A DNA stretch of 15,408 bases from Pseudobacteriovorax sp. (lineage in GTDB: Bacteria > Bdellovibrionota_B > Oligoflexia > Oligoflexales > Oligoflexaceae). Location of the stretch: NCBI GenBank assembly GCA_050293845.1, contig JBNKNM010000123.1, positions 1-15,408 on the forward strand, read 5' to 3'. Each line of letters opens with the position of its first letter. Positions within the stretch are counted from its first letter, which is position 1. The position numbers and the translations under genes are program-made. Below, piece after piece: positions 6,543-15,141 of this stretch. The notes beneath the pieces were generated by a model. The model saw only the letters and a program-made list of their open reading frames with translations, did not search any database and had not been told where the DNA came from.

Positions 6543-6899
6543 TTAAACTTGATCCGGACGTTTCAGGCCACCAAATTTTTTTAGAATAAACCTTTGTTCA
6601 TTCATGATTTTTTGGTACGGAATACCTTCGGTAAACTTTAAAACAATTGAACTTTTATCAGATCTGATAATGGTTCCAATTACATTTTTTTCTTCGCTAT
6701 CATAAAAAACAATTTTTCCTAGAATGGGCTTCTTCTCATCCATTTTGGGAGAACTCTTAACTAGAGAAAACTTAACCCCTCCTTCACAGAGATTGATAAC
6801 CTCGAACACCTGATCACCAATTTCAATTTTTGGTCGCACTTCCTTCGGATACTCGATACGAAAATGGTTGCGTGCTGGGCCTTCTTCTTTCTTCCCCAT
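6543..6899 (-). CDS. Stand-alone PilZ-domain protein (putative c-di-GMP receptor)
   Basis: RNHFR (RxxxR) near the N-terminus and NLCEGG (variant of D/NxSxxG), beta-barrel pattern ending G.IIR....IVLKF. SD GGAAGG. Confidence 0.85.
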   Translation of the reverse strand: MGKKEEGPARNHFRIEYPKEVRPKIEIGDQVFEVINLCEGGVKFSLVKSSPKMDEKKPILGKIVFYDSEEKNVIGTIIRSDKSSIVLKFTEGIPYQKIMNEQRFILKKFGGLKRPDQV

Positions 6900-6990
6900 T
6901 AGCTACCTTCCTAAGTATACTCACATTTAATACAGGTATTATTAGCTTACTACAATCGTAGCGCAATTAACATCCTGATACATAGCTTTT

Positions 6991-7015
6991 CAATGGTGAT
7001 TATTAATCACTATTG
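6991..7015. promoter_or_regulatory. 25-bp near-perfect dyad, candidate transcription-factor operator
   Basis: CAATGGTGATTA-T-TAATCACTATTG, a 12-1-12 inverted repeat with one mismatch, ~90 bp upstream of the PilZ gene. No U-tract follows it on either strand. Confidence 0.5.
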
Positions 7016-7100
7016 TAGGATTATTGCGTTCGCGAGCAGCCCCAGCAGACCATGATTCTTAGCTGCATCATCCCCCATGGCTGTGACGTATCAATGCAAG

Positions 7101-8819
7101 TTAGGACCGGAACAGCTCACCCATCTTCTTCCCGAGAATCAATGATGCTCCCAGGATACAAATAGTCAAGATCAACATCCCTACAACACCCAAGGCACTG
7201 GCGACTAGGGAACCGCTACCTTGCTCCAGGAATAGAACATAGATAGCTTTCGTCATAGGATAGAAGCTTTCCTTCATAGCTAGAATCAGACTATCCGATA
7301 CATCTAGCATGGCATAAGAAAAACAAAGCAAGCTACCTGCAATTAGATTAGCCATCACAAGGGGGACAGTTATTTTTCTCAGAGTATGGAAGCGGGAAGC
7401 TCCAAATGTTTCCGAAGCCTCTTCTAATGAATGGCTGGTTTGCTGCAGACCTGCCACTGCTGATCGTACCATATAAGGAAGTCTCCTGATAGCATAGGCA
7501 ATGACCAACAAGGGAACAGGATTATGCAGGGGATCGAGAAATGTATCCGTATAAGTGACTACATAGCCAAAGGCTAATACAATGCCTGGGAGGGCTAATG
7601 GCACCATGACCAAGCTATCGAGCAAGCCGGGAAATGGAACCAACTTGCGCACCACAACATAGGCTATTAGCAGACCTAGTACCAGGTCGACAATGGTAGA
7701 AAGACCAGCAAAAAAGAAACTATTTTTAATCCCAATAAATGGCAGCTCAGCTTGGAAGATTTGCTCATAGTACTTGGTGGTGTATCCATCAGGAAGCACC
7801 GTCATGAACCATTTATCGGAAATACTTGTTACCATAACAGATAAATGAGGTATCAGTGCTAATACAACTGTTCCTAGCACAACACTATAAATGACCACCA
7901 TGCCTAATGGTGTCGCTTTTGATTTCCCACTGGTGACATGGCCTTTGGCCATCATTTCATACTTTTGGTTGCCAAGAGCAAATTTAGAGATCAAAAAGAA
8001 AACAACAGTCAACACGATGACCACACACACTAGGGAATACCCTACTGGGTTTTCATTCACATCAGTAATCATATTGAAAATCTGCACCGGGATCGTTTCG
8101 TGAAAACCCACTAGAAGTGGCGTACCCAAGTCGGTCAAAGCCCAGATAAATACAATGATAGCACCAGCGAAATAACCGGGACGCGAAAGAGGCCAAATGA
8201 TATCCAAATACTGACGCCAACGAGGGACTCCAAGAGTCGTAGCCATTTCCTCGACGCTTGGGTCTATATTGGCCAATGCAGCTGATAGATTTAAATACAT
8301 AATAGGGTAAAGGTGAAGTACTTCTAATACGATCACAGCCCAAAACATATTTTCAGGCCCTAACCAATCGACAGGTTGATCTATCAAACCCCAGTCCATA
8401 AGAGCCAGGTTCACCGAACCTCGACGTGCGAAAAACCTTTGAATACCAATAGCTCCAACGAATGGAGGCATGACCATGGGAACAAGAAGCAAGCCAGATA
8501 AAAGAGCTTTTCCTGGAAATTCAAACTTTGCATTGATCACTGCCAACGGCAGGCTCACCAATGTAGCAACGACGGTAGTTCCCACTCCAATCAATAAACT
8601 GTTCACCATGGAGTTTTTAAACAGCTCGTTCTGAAATAGAAGAGGAAAGTATTCCAGAGTAAACTGCCCATTATTCAAAAAGGCCTTGCTGACAATAATG
8701 GACACTGGCCAGATCAGGAAAAAAAACAACATTGCCAAGGTACAGGCAACAGTGCCATATCCTACAGCCTCGGAAAGGATTCTTGCAAATTTGGAGGATT
8801 CTTCTTTTGGTGTAGCCAT
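7101..8819 (-). CDS. ABC transporter permease, FbpB/AfuB (Fe3+-type) family, two fused TM modules
   Basis: 572 aa, about 12 hydrophobic helices, two EAA loops (VEEMATTLG, LEEASETFGAS), DLGTP motif. Confidence 0.93.
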   Translation of the reverse strand: MATPKEESSKFARILSEAVGYGTVACTLAMLFFFLIWPVSIIVSKAFLNNGQFTLEYFPLLFQNELFKNSMVNSLLIGVGTTVVATLVSLPLAVINAKFEFPGKALLSGLLLVPMVMPPFVGAIGIQRFFARRGSVNLALMDWGLIDQPVDWLGPENMFWAVIVLEVLHLYPIMYLNLSAALANIDPSVEEMATTLGVPRWRQYLDIIWPLSRPGYFAGAIIVFIWALTDLGTPLLVGFHETIPVQIFNMITDVNENPVGYSLVCVVIVLTVVFFLISKFALGNQKYEMMAKGHVTSGKSKATPLGMVVIYSVVLGTVVLALIPHLSVMVTSISDKWFMTVLPDGYTTKYYEQIFQAELPFIGIKNSFFFAGLSTIVDLVLGLLIAYVVVRKLVPFPGLLDSLVMVPLALPGIVLAFGYVVTYTDTFLDPLHNPVPLLVIAYAIRRLPYMVRSAVAGLQQTSHSLEEASETFGASRFHTLRKITVPLVMANLIAGSLLCFSYAMLDVSDSLILAMKESFYPMTKAIYVLFLEQGSGSLVASALGVVGMLILTICILGASLILGKKMGELFRS

Positions 8820-8820
8820 A

Positions 8821-9915
8821 TTAAGTTCCTGGCCCCATTTCTACCTGTGGAGGCAACACAAGCACATCCGCCTTAGGTAAGAAGCATGTGATTTTATCTC
8901 CTTCGCGAAAAGAGTGCTCAGGTGCATGGTAAAAATTCACACGCAATGCAATATCGTGGGGTCCACGCAATAAAAACTGTTCGGATTCTCCTAAATAGGT
9001 CAAATGCTCCACCTCCAACCCTACAGGATTCTCACCGGTTTGTTGTCCCGACCAGTTGATAGCTACAGCCTCTGGGCGGATCGACAAGCAAACTTGATCA
9101 CCTATCGCAAAGCTACCTTCCACCCTTGAAGATTGAATCTCTCCAAAGGGGGTGTTCACTACCGCTAATCCGCCTTCTAATTTACTCACTTGCCCATTAA
9201 TCAGGTTGGTCTCGCCAATGAAGCCGGCAATAAAAGGAGTCGAGGGATGGTTGTATAGCTGACGTGGGGGAGCTGTTTGAATCAGATTGCCAGCATGCAT
9301 TACGGAGATATCTGTTCCCATCGATAGAGACTCTTTTTGATCGTGGGTAACATAAACAGTGGTGATTCCCGTCTGTTTGTGGATTTTCAGGATATTATCG
9401 CGCATCTCCATACGAAGTTTGGCATCAAGGTTAGACAATGGTTCGTCTAGTAATAAGACATTAGGCCTAATAGCAAGAGCGCGGGCTAGGGCCACCCGCT
9501 GCTGTTGCCCCCCAGAAAGTTGTCCTGGGAGACGGTGGCTGAAATTTGCCAACTGAGTAAAATTGAGAACTTCACTAATCCTTTGCTTCAACGCTTGTTC
9601 CGAAAGCTTACGAAGCTTTAAGCCATATTCAATATTTTTATAAACAGTCATGTGGGGCCATAGAGCATAGTTTTGGAAAACCATCCCAATACCACGATCT
9701 GCAGCTGGTAACTTCGTGACATCTTTCCCGTCAAAAAATAATTTTCCTGAGGAGACAGATTCCAAACCCGCTAACATGCGAAGAGTGGTGGTTTTACCGC
9801 ACCCAGAAGGTCCAAGAAGGAAGTGAAGAGCTCCACTTTTAATCTTAAGATTTAGGTTTTCTACAGCAGTAAAATCACCATACCGCTTAGAAACATCTTT
9901 GAATACTACTTCCAT
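8821..9915 (-). CDS. ABC transporter ATP-binding protein, FbpC/PotA family
   Basis: Walker A GPSGCGKT, Q-loop VFQNYALWPH, signature LSGGQQQR, Walker B LLLDEP, H-loop VTHD, C-terminal TOBE-like domain. Confidence 0.95.
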   Translation of the reverse strand: MEVVFKDVSKRYGDFTAVENLNLKIKSGALHFLLGPSGCGKTTTLRMLAGLESVSSGKLFFDGKDVTKLPAADRGIGMVFQNYALWPHMTVYKNIEYGLKLRKLSEQALKQRISEVLNFTQLANFSHRLPGQLSGGQQQRVALARALAIRPNVLLLDEPLSNLDAKLRMEMRDNILKIHKQTGITTVYVTHDQKESLSMGTDISVMHAGNLIQTAPPRQLYNHPSTPFIAGFIGETNLINGQVSKLEGGLAVVNTPFGEIQSSRVEGSFAIGDQVCLSIRPEAVAINWSGQQTGENPVGLEVEHLTYLGESEQFLLRGPHDIALRVNFYHAPEHSFREGDKITCFLPKADVLVLPPQVEMGPGT

Positions 9916-9941
9916 GAAAGGAATTGCTCCGCGTAAATGGA

Positions 9942-11240
9942 CTATTTTAAACTTTTATATCTATTTTTTGCGTAGGATACCCATTTATTAATGGTTTTAT
10001 TGCGAAAGACATCGTCACCCCATTTTTTTTCAAGCTCGAAAAACTCCTTCTCACTCACAGGCGGGGTGCCAAATGCGGTCAGTTTTTCCGGGGTCAAACC
10101 CGACTTTACTAGACGCTTCCATGCACGCTTCAGATCATGATGGACATCAATAAGGACAGCACCGATAAGATCATTGAAAACTCGTTGCATCCTTGTGGCT
10201 TGCTTTAAATCTAACTGTAGGAAGGTTTTTTGCACGAATGGATTAAAGTTTCCAATGCGCCTTCCCTCTGTTTCACTATAGGTCTGTCGATTGACACTCA
10301 TTCTACCCAAGGAAGCAATTTTGGGCCCACCCTTCGTCCCTTTGGGTAAGACCAAAAGCTTCTGCGCTTCACTGCCCAATACGAAATCTATAAAGCGCTT
10401 TGCAGGAACTTTATGAGGGGCACCTTTTAGTAAGGCTATGGGGTCAGGGTCGATCACTGTCTGCCCTTCAGGCATCATGAACCCTAAATTTTCGTCCCCA
10501 ATGTCGCCGATCTTAGCCTGGGCATAGAAATCTATGGCCATAGCTAAAGCAACATCCCCTGACACAACAGCTTTAATAGGATCGGAGCTGGAATGGGTAA
10601 AAGACCTAGTGTTTCCAGCTATAGCTGCCAACAGCTCCCAGCCTTTTTGCCATCCTAAACTTTGCAGAATGATGTTATTCATGGTGTTGGAAGAGCCAGA
10701 ACGACGAGGATCAGCGATGCTAATATTTCCGATATACTGAGGGTTAGCCAAATCGTTCCAGGTCTTTGGAGCGGGAATACCGTCAAATTTTAAGATGCGC
10801 TTATTGTAGAACACGCCAAACGAAGACATGGCCGAGCCGTACCAGGTTTTAGTTTGATCGAATAAAGGAACTCCAGCTACGGTTTGTGGAATATTAGCAG
10901 CTACTTTCTGGGGTAGTTCATGAGAATCAAAAAACCCTAACCGCTGTAATTCAATAAAGGTCGCTGATCCTCCTCCCCAGAAAATATCGACTCCAGCAGA
11001 AGCCGGATTTTTACTATACTTAGCTTTTAGAAACCGTACATCATCAGAAGTTCCCCCCTGGTCTAGCCAATCCACTTGGATCTCTGTCTTATAGGTATTC
11101 TTGTAATGGACTTTAAACGCCGGAATAAACTCTTGCTGAATGGACTTTCTGTGGGGAGACAAAATGACTAGTTTATCGGCTGCCAAAGCATAACATGTAC
11201 TTAGAGCAGTAAGAATACCTAAGATCCATTTGGTTATCAT
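9942..11240 (-). CDS. ABC transporter substrate-binding protein, Fe3+/thiamine/AfuA-like family
   Basis: Start re-called to ATG 11240 (MITKWILGILTALSTCYALA signal peptide; SD GAGGAAGGA) rather than the track's 11369. Motifs GVDIFWGG, PKTWNDL, ADPRRSGS, DPIALLKGAPH..AKRFIDFVL. Confidence 0.9.
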   Translation of the reverse strand: MITKWILGILTALSTCYALAADKLVILSPHRKSIQQEFIPAFKVHYKNTYKTEIQVDWLDQGGTSDDVRFLKAKYSKNPASAGVDIFWGGGSATFIELQRLGFFDSHELPQKVAANIPQTVAGVPLFDQTKTWYGSAMSSFGVFYNKRILKFDGIPAPKTWNDLANPQYIGNISIADPRRSGSSNTMNNIILQSLGWQKGWELLAAIAGNTRSFTHSSSDPIKAVVSGDVALAMAIDFYAQAKIGDIGDENLGFMMPEGQTVIDPDPIALLKGAPHKVPAKRFIDFVLGSEAQKLLVLPKGTKGGPKIASLGRMSVNRQTYSETEGRRIGNFNPFVQKTFLQLDLKQATRMQRVFNDLIGAVLIDVHHDLKRAWKRLVKSGLTPEKLTAFGTPPVSEKEFFELEKKWGDDVFRNKTINKWVSYAKNRYKSLK

Positions 11241-11278
11241 CGAACTTTCCTTCCTCTCGGTTCGGTAAAGGTGCGGCC

Positions 11279-11306
11279 ATTTTACACAGCGTAAGGGAAC
11301 GTGCAA
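11279..11306 (-). promoter_or_regulatory. Candidate sigma70-type promoter of the ABC operon
   Basis: Minus strand TTGCAC-N16-TAAAAT, ending 38 nt upstream of ATG 11240. Confidence 0.5.
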
Positions 11307-11521
11307 GACGTTTTTTTGCTTTCTAGGACCGGGGGGTATGTGTCTAAAATCAAAAGATAAAAATTTCAAGTTTTTATCTTTAATTCACCCAAAAAATAGG
11401 GCATATTTTCGCACATTTATCTTTTAAAAAAATAACTATCAACGATTTCAAGATATTATCAAACTGTATATTTTTTCAATTTCGACATACTTCCTTTCTC
11501 TCTAGTATGTAAATGCCCATC

Positions 11522-12697
11522 TTACGCACCTAATAGGTACTGGCGAATTGCAACAGCTGCATTATGAGCCAGATTACCATCCACTAGATTATCCAGCTGA
11601 TTCAGTTTACTAATAGTACGATTGCGATACTCACCTGGATTTGACAAGCGATAAAGCTCATTAGCCAAGTCGCTAGCGGTAAAGTTTTGGATAAACTCAC
11701 GGATCACTTCCTCGTCAGCAACAAGATTAACTAGACTGATATACTTAATCTTGACCAAGTGCTTCGCCAATTTGTAGCTCAGCGGATTCATACGATAAGC
11801 TACACAAAGAGGCGTTTTAACTAAACCACACTCCAAGGTGGCCGTTCCTGAAGTCACTAGAGCGGCATCAACCGACTTCATTAGATCTAACGAACGTCCC
11901 CTTACCAGGCTTATGGATTTGCCACGCAAGACTCCTCCCTGAGCACTTAGGTCGTCTGGTATCGTCTGAGTTAGTACAGGTTGAAAAATTTGTGGTGGTA
12001 CAGCAGGGCTCATGGAAACTGCAAACTGCAGATCCGTAAATCTAGTTCCCAGTTCTTCTATAATCTCCATGACAAGGGGGAGCATACGACTAATTTCCCC
12101 CTTCCTGCTACCTGGGAAAAAGCCAATACAAGGCCGGTCATCGAGTTGAAAAGCTATACGATCCTGTCTAGCATCCTGGGACCTATCTACCTGTGGGGTT
12201 CCAACATAGCGATAATTGACCTGTCTCTGAATAAAAAAATTCTTTTCAAAGGGCATGATCCCCAAGACCAAATCCGTAAGCCGCCGCAGCTTTTCCGTTC
12301 GCTTTTCTCCCCATGCCCAAAGTTGGGGAGCTACATACTGGATAACCTTTATCTTTCTGGCGCGTAAGAACTCAGCAAGCCGCAGATTAAAGCCAGGATA
12401 GTCCACCAAAATCGCAAATTCTGGCTGACGCCTATCAATTTCAGCGAGCAAATAGTCTTCCAAGCGTTTAAGATGGCTTAAATGTCGGATCACTTCGGCA
12501 AACCCCATGACAGCTAGTTCGCTGATATCAGCAATAACTTCGTAGTTATCGATGGTCGATAACTTAGGGCCACCTATACCGAAAGCTTGATAGCCTGGCA
12601 GCTCTTTTTGCACGTGCACCAACAACTCGCTAGCTAAAAGGTCTCCCGATGGCTCACCCACCGAGATGAAAAAAGAAGAGCCCATAGCAGTACTCAT
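11522..12697 (-). CDS. lpxB: Lipid-A-disaccharide synthase
   Basis: GEPSGDLL, ELAVMGFAEV, VDYPGFN, YVAPQLWAW, PGSRKGEI, TSGTATLE and ISLVNL motifs. Confidence 0.96.
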   Translation of the reverse strand: MSTAMGSSFFISVGEPSGDLLASELLVHVQKELPGYQAFGIGGPKLSTIDNYEVIADISELAVMGFAEVIRHLSHLKRLEDYLLAEIDRRQPEFAILVDYPGFNLRLAEFLRARKIKVIQYVAPQLWAWGEKRTEKLRRLTDLVLGIMPFEKNFFIQRQVNYRYVGTPQVDRSQDARQDRIAFQLDDRPCIGFFPGSRKGEISRMLPLVMEIIEELGTRFTDLQFAVSMSPAVPPQIFQPVLTQTIPDDLSAQGGVLRGKSISLVRGRSLDLMKSVDAALVTSGTATLECGLVKTPLCVAYRMNPLSYKLAKHLVKIKYISLVNLVADEEVIREFIQNFTASDLANELYRLSNPGEYRNRTISKLNQLDNLVDGNLAHNAAVAIRQYLLGA

Positions 12698-13744
12698 TTA
12701 AGATATGGAGCTATCGCGAGTTATAGCAGTTTTAGGTTGCCACCGTTCACCGACAAAACAAATACTCCTGAAATTTTGGTTGGCGTGGTCAATGGCATCA
12801 CCAGCTAGCCTTACAGATTCCACCAGTTGCTCTCCTTGGGCTAGACGATTAGCGGTGCCTAAAAGGTTTTTGCGCCACTCTTCTAGTTGCAGCACTAAAG
12901 GCTCTACTCTGGTCACAGGACAAGTGATTTGCTGACAGAATGGGTGGTCGACAAACTCGAAAGGTTGCTTAAGTTCGCCAATATTAAGCTGTTGGCCGTA
13001 TATAGTACATGATTGAGCAATATAATCGACTTCGCATACACCACTGGTGCCAAAAACCTTTATACTGCGTAACTTTTGAGGGCTTAGCCAATTGGCATGA
13101 ACTGAGCCAGAGATACCTTCTGCGCTACGCACTGAAATTTCAGCTGTATCATATATTCCTTGCAGAGTATTTTGATGAGCTAAGGCATGGGTCACAGTCA
13201 GGGGGCCCAAAAGCCGACGCAAGACATCCAAGTCATGAACAGCAAGATCAAGGATCACGTTGTTGCCTGGCTTAACAGCCCGAGGAAAGCCTCCCCCGCG
13301 CATAGCACTAAAGTGGACAGGGGTTCCTATGACTCCACAATGTAATACAGATTCAAGTTTGTCGATTACGGGATTGCAACGCTCGATATTTCCAACTGCC
13401 AATTTGACCCTGTATTCATGCGCCTTTTCGACAAGGATTCTTGCTTCCTCAAAACTACTGGCCGCAGGTTTTTCAACCAAAGTATGGATTCTTTCATGGA
13501 GCAATTTTTTAACAATTTCAAAATGTGTCTCTGTTGGCGATGCGACAATCGCACAATCAATGGCATTAAATGGCAACATTTCCAGTGAGCTGAGAACAGG
13601 AATATTCGGATCAGGACACAAACTCCTATCGAATGATGGGTCTACAATGAATTTCAGAGCAAAATCTGAACTCTTCTGCAGTACACGCAAATGATTTTTG
13701 CCCATGTTCCCTGTGCCGATAAGGACGACTCTGACTTTGCTCAT
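12698..13744 (-). CDS. Gfo/Idh/MocA oxidoreductase, probable UDP-GlcNAc 3-dehydrogenase (GnnA/WbpB-like)
   Basis: IGTGNMG Rossmann motif, ASPTETH, LVEKP, VGNIERCNP, ILDLAVHDLD. Its stop codon directly abuts the lpxB ATG (TAAATG). Confidence 0.88.
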   Translation of the reverse strand: MSKVRVVLIGTGNMGKNHLRVLQKSSDFALKFIVDPSFDRSLCPDPNIPVLSSLEMLPFNAIDCAIVASPTETHFEIVKKLLHERIHTLVEKPAASSFEEARILVEKAHEYRVKLAVGNIERCNPVIDKLESVLHCGVIGTPVHFSAMRGGGFPRAVKPGNNVILDLAVHDLDVLRRLLGPLTVTHALAHQNTLQGIYDTAEISVRSAEGISGSVHANWLSPQKLRSIKVFGTSGVCEVDYIAQSCTIYGQQLNIGELKQPFEFVDHPFCQQITCPVTRVEPLVLQLEEWRKNLLGTANRLAQGEQLVESVRLAGDAIDHANQNFRSICFVGERWQPKTAITRDSSIS

Positions 13745-13866
13745 ATTGGAGTTCCTTAAAATCTCGTTGCCAAACGACGCAATCTAGCCAATTCTGAAAG
13801 TTTTGGAAAGCCCTGAATTTTCTGAGTTATGACCGGGTATATGAAGCACACGTAGGAGATTATTCC

Positions 13867-15078
13867 ATGGTAACATTAGATCATTCGTCTTACTGGTTAA
13901 CCGAGCCACTGATCACAGGACAAGACTCCCTACCTGATTCTGGAGAAATTGTCATCATAGGATCTGGACTTTCCGGTGTAAGTACCGCTTATTGGTTACA
14001 AAAAATGGGCTTTAATGATCTCACTTTAGTTGATTTTGAACCCGAAAAATCGGCCTCCTTCCGCAACTGTGGACATATTTTACACGGTTCCGTAGAATCT
14101 GCCAAAGCCCTTTGTACCCTCCACGGTTTTACAACGGCAAAGCAGATCTGGGAGTTTTCTGTGGAGCTATGTGAGGAGGTAGCCTCTACAGCGCATACTC
14201 TTCCCGATGATACAGAATATCGAAAGGATGGCTATCTGGTTCTTGCTATCGACGATACTGAGCGCCAGGAAATCATTGAATCCATTGAAATTATTGAAAA
14301 ATTTGGGTTTAAAAATCAGTTTATCAAAGCGCAAACGCTTTGTGAAATGGGCTTCTCAAACGTTCTTGGAGCTCGGTTCGAGGCTGACTCAGCTCAAGCT
14401 CATCCCGTAAAATTTAGAAATGCTCTCCTGAAAAAAGCCTGCTCGCAAGGCCTACGATATTGCCAACCTACTGAAATATTAGGTGTTAACGATATTGGAG
14501 GAAGAATTCACGTGGAGACCGCTCAACGGGTTATACCATGGGATGCCGCTGTATTAGCGACTAATGCTTATTCCCCCTTACTCAGTCCCTACTTTGCCAG
14601 CCATCGATTAGTAGAGCCCTTTCGCGGGCAAATTATCTGTTCACACCCATTAAAATCAAAATTACCTGTCACTTATCCCCATAGTTTTGATCACGGATAT
14701 GAGTATGCTATTGCCACTTCTGACAACCGTCTCATGCTAGGAGGCTGGAGAAATCATACTAAAGAGGGTGAGCTAGGGACTTATGAACTGAGCCCTAATC
14801 CTGTTGTCGAAGAAGGATTAAAGAATTTTGCTAAATTTCATTACAAAGTTGACGAAGACATAAACTGGAAATACTCATGGTCCGGAATCATGGCCAGCTC
14901 GAAGACCGGTTTTCCTTTCATCGGACCGACAAACAGCCCACTCATTTATACTGTGAGTGGCTTTACAGGGCACGGATTTTCCTGGGCCCACGGCTCAGCA
15001 AAGCTTTTGGCCAAGATAATGAGTGGACGAGAAATTCCAGCTGTTGCAAAATTTTTTGATCCACGCCCATTAAAATAG
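13867..15078 (+). CDS. FAD-dependent oxidoreductase (DAO/PuuB-like family)
   Basis: IIGSGLSGVSTAYWL dinucleotide-binding motif, ASFRNCG, VLATNAYS, PFRGQI, WSGIM...FPFIG, GFTGHGFS. SD AGGAG. Confidence 0.92.
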   Translation: MVTLDHSSYWLTEPLITGQDSLPDSGEIVIIGSGLSGVSTAYWLQKMGFNDLTLVDFEPEKSASFRNCGHILHGSVESAKALCTLHGFTTAKQIWEFSVELCEEVASTAHTLPDDTEYRKDGYLVLAIDDTERQEIIESIEIIEKFGFKNQFIKAQTLCEMGFSNVLGARFEADSAQAHPVKFRNALLKKACSQGLRYCQPTEILGVNDIGGRIHVETAQRVIPWDAAVLATNAYSPLLSPYFASHRLVEPFRGQIICSHPLKSKLPVTYPHSFDHGYEYAIATSDNRLMLGGWRNHTKEGELGTYELSPNPVVEEGLKNFAKFHYKVDEDINWKYSWSGIMASSKTGFPFIGPTNSPLIYTVSGFTGHGFSWAHGSAKLLAKIMSGREIPAVAKFFDPRPLK

Positions 15079-15141
15079 CTTGCATACATCTTGAATGATG
15101 TGAAAAAACATATACATTAACTCAGCAAAGGAGATAGTTCG

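Noticed and set aside
11241..11369. 43-aa N-terminal extension of the substrate-binding protein in the ORF track
   Set aside because: The signal peptide, SD and a promoter all point to ATG 11240; the extension overlaps the promoter.
11981..13694. Plus-strand ORFs of 76-144 aa opposite lpxB and the Gfo/Idh/MocA gene, and similar short shadows inside the lipoprotein and ABC genes
   Set aside because: Antisense or alternate-frame ORFs within well-supported genes, without independent coding signals.
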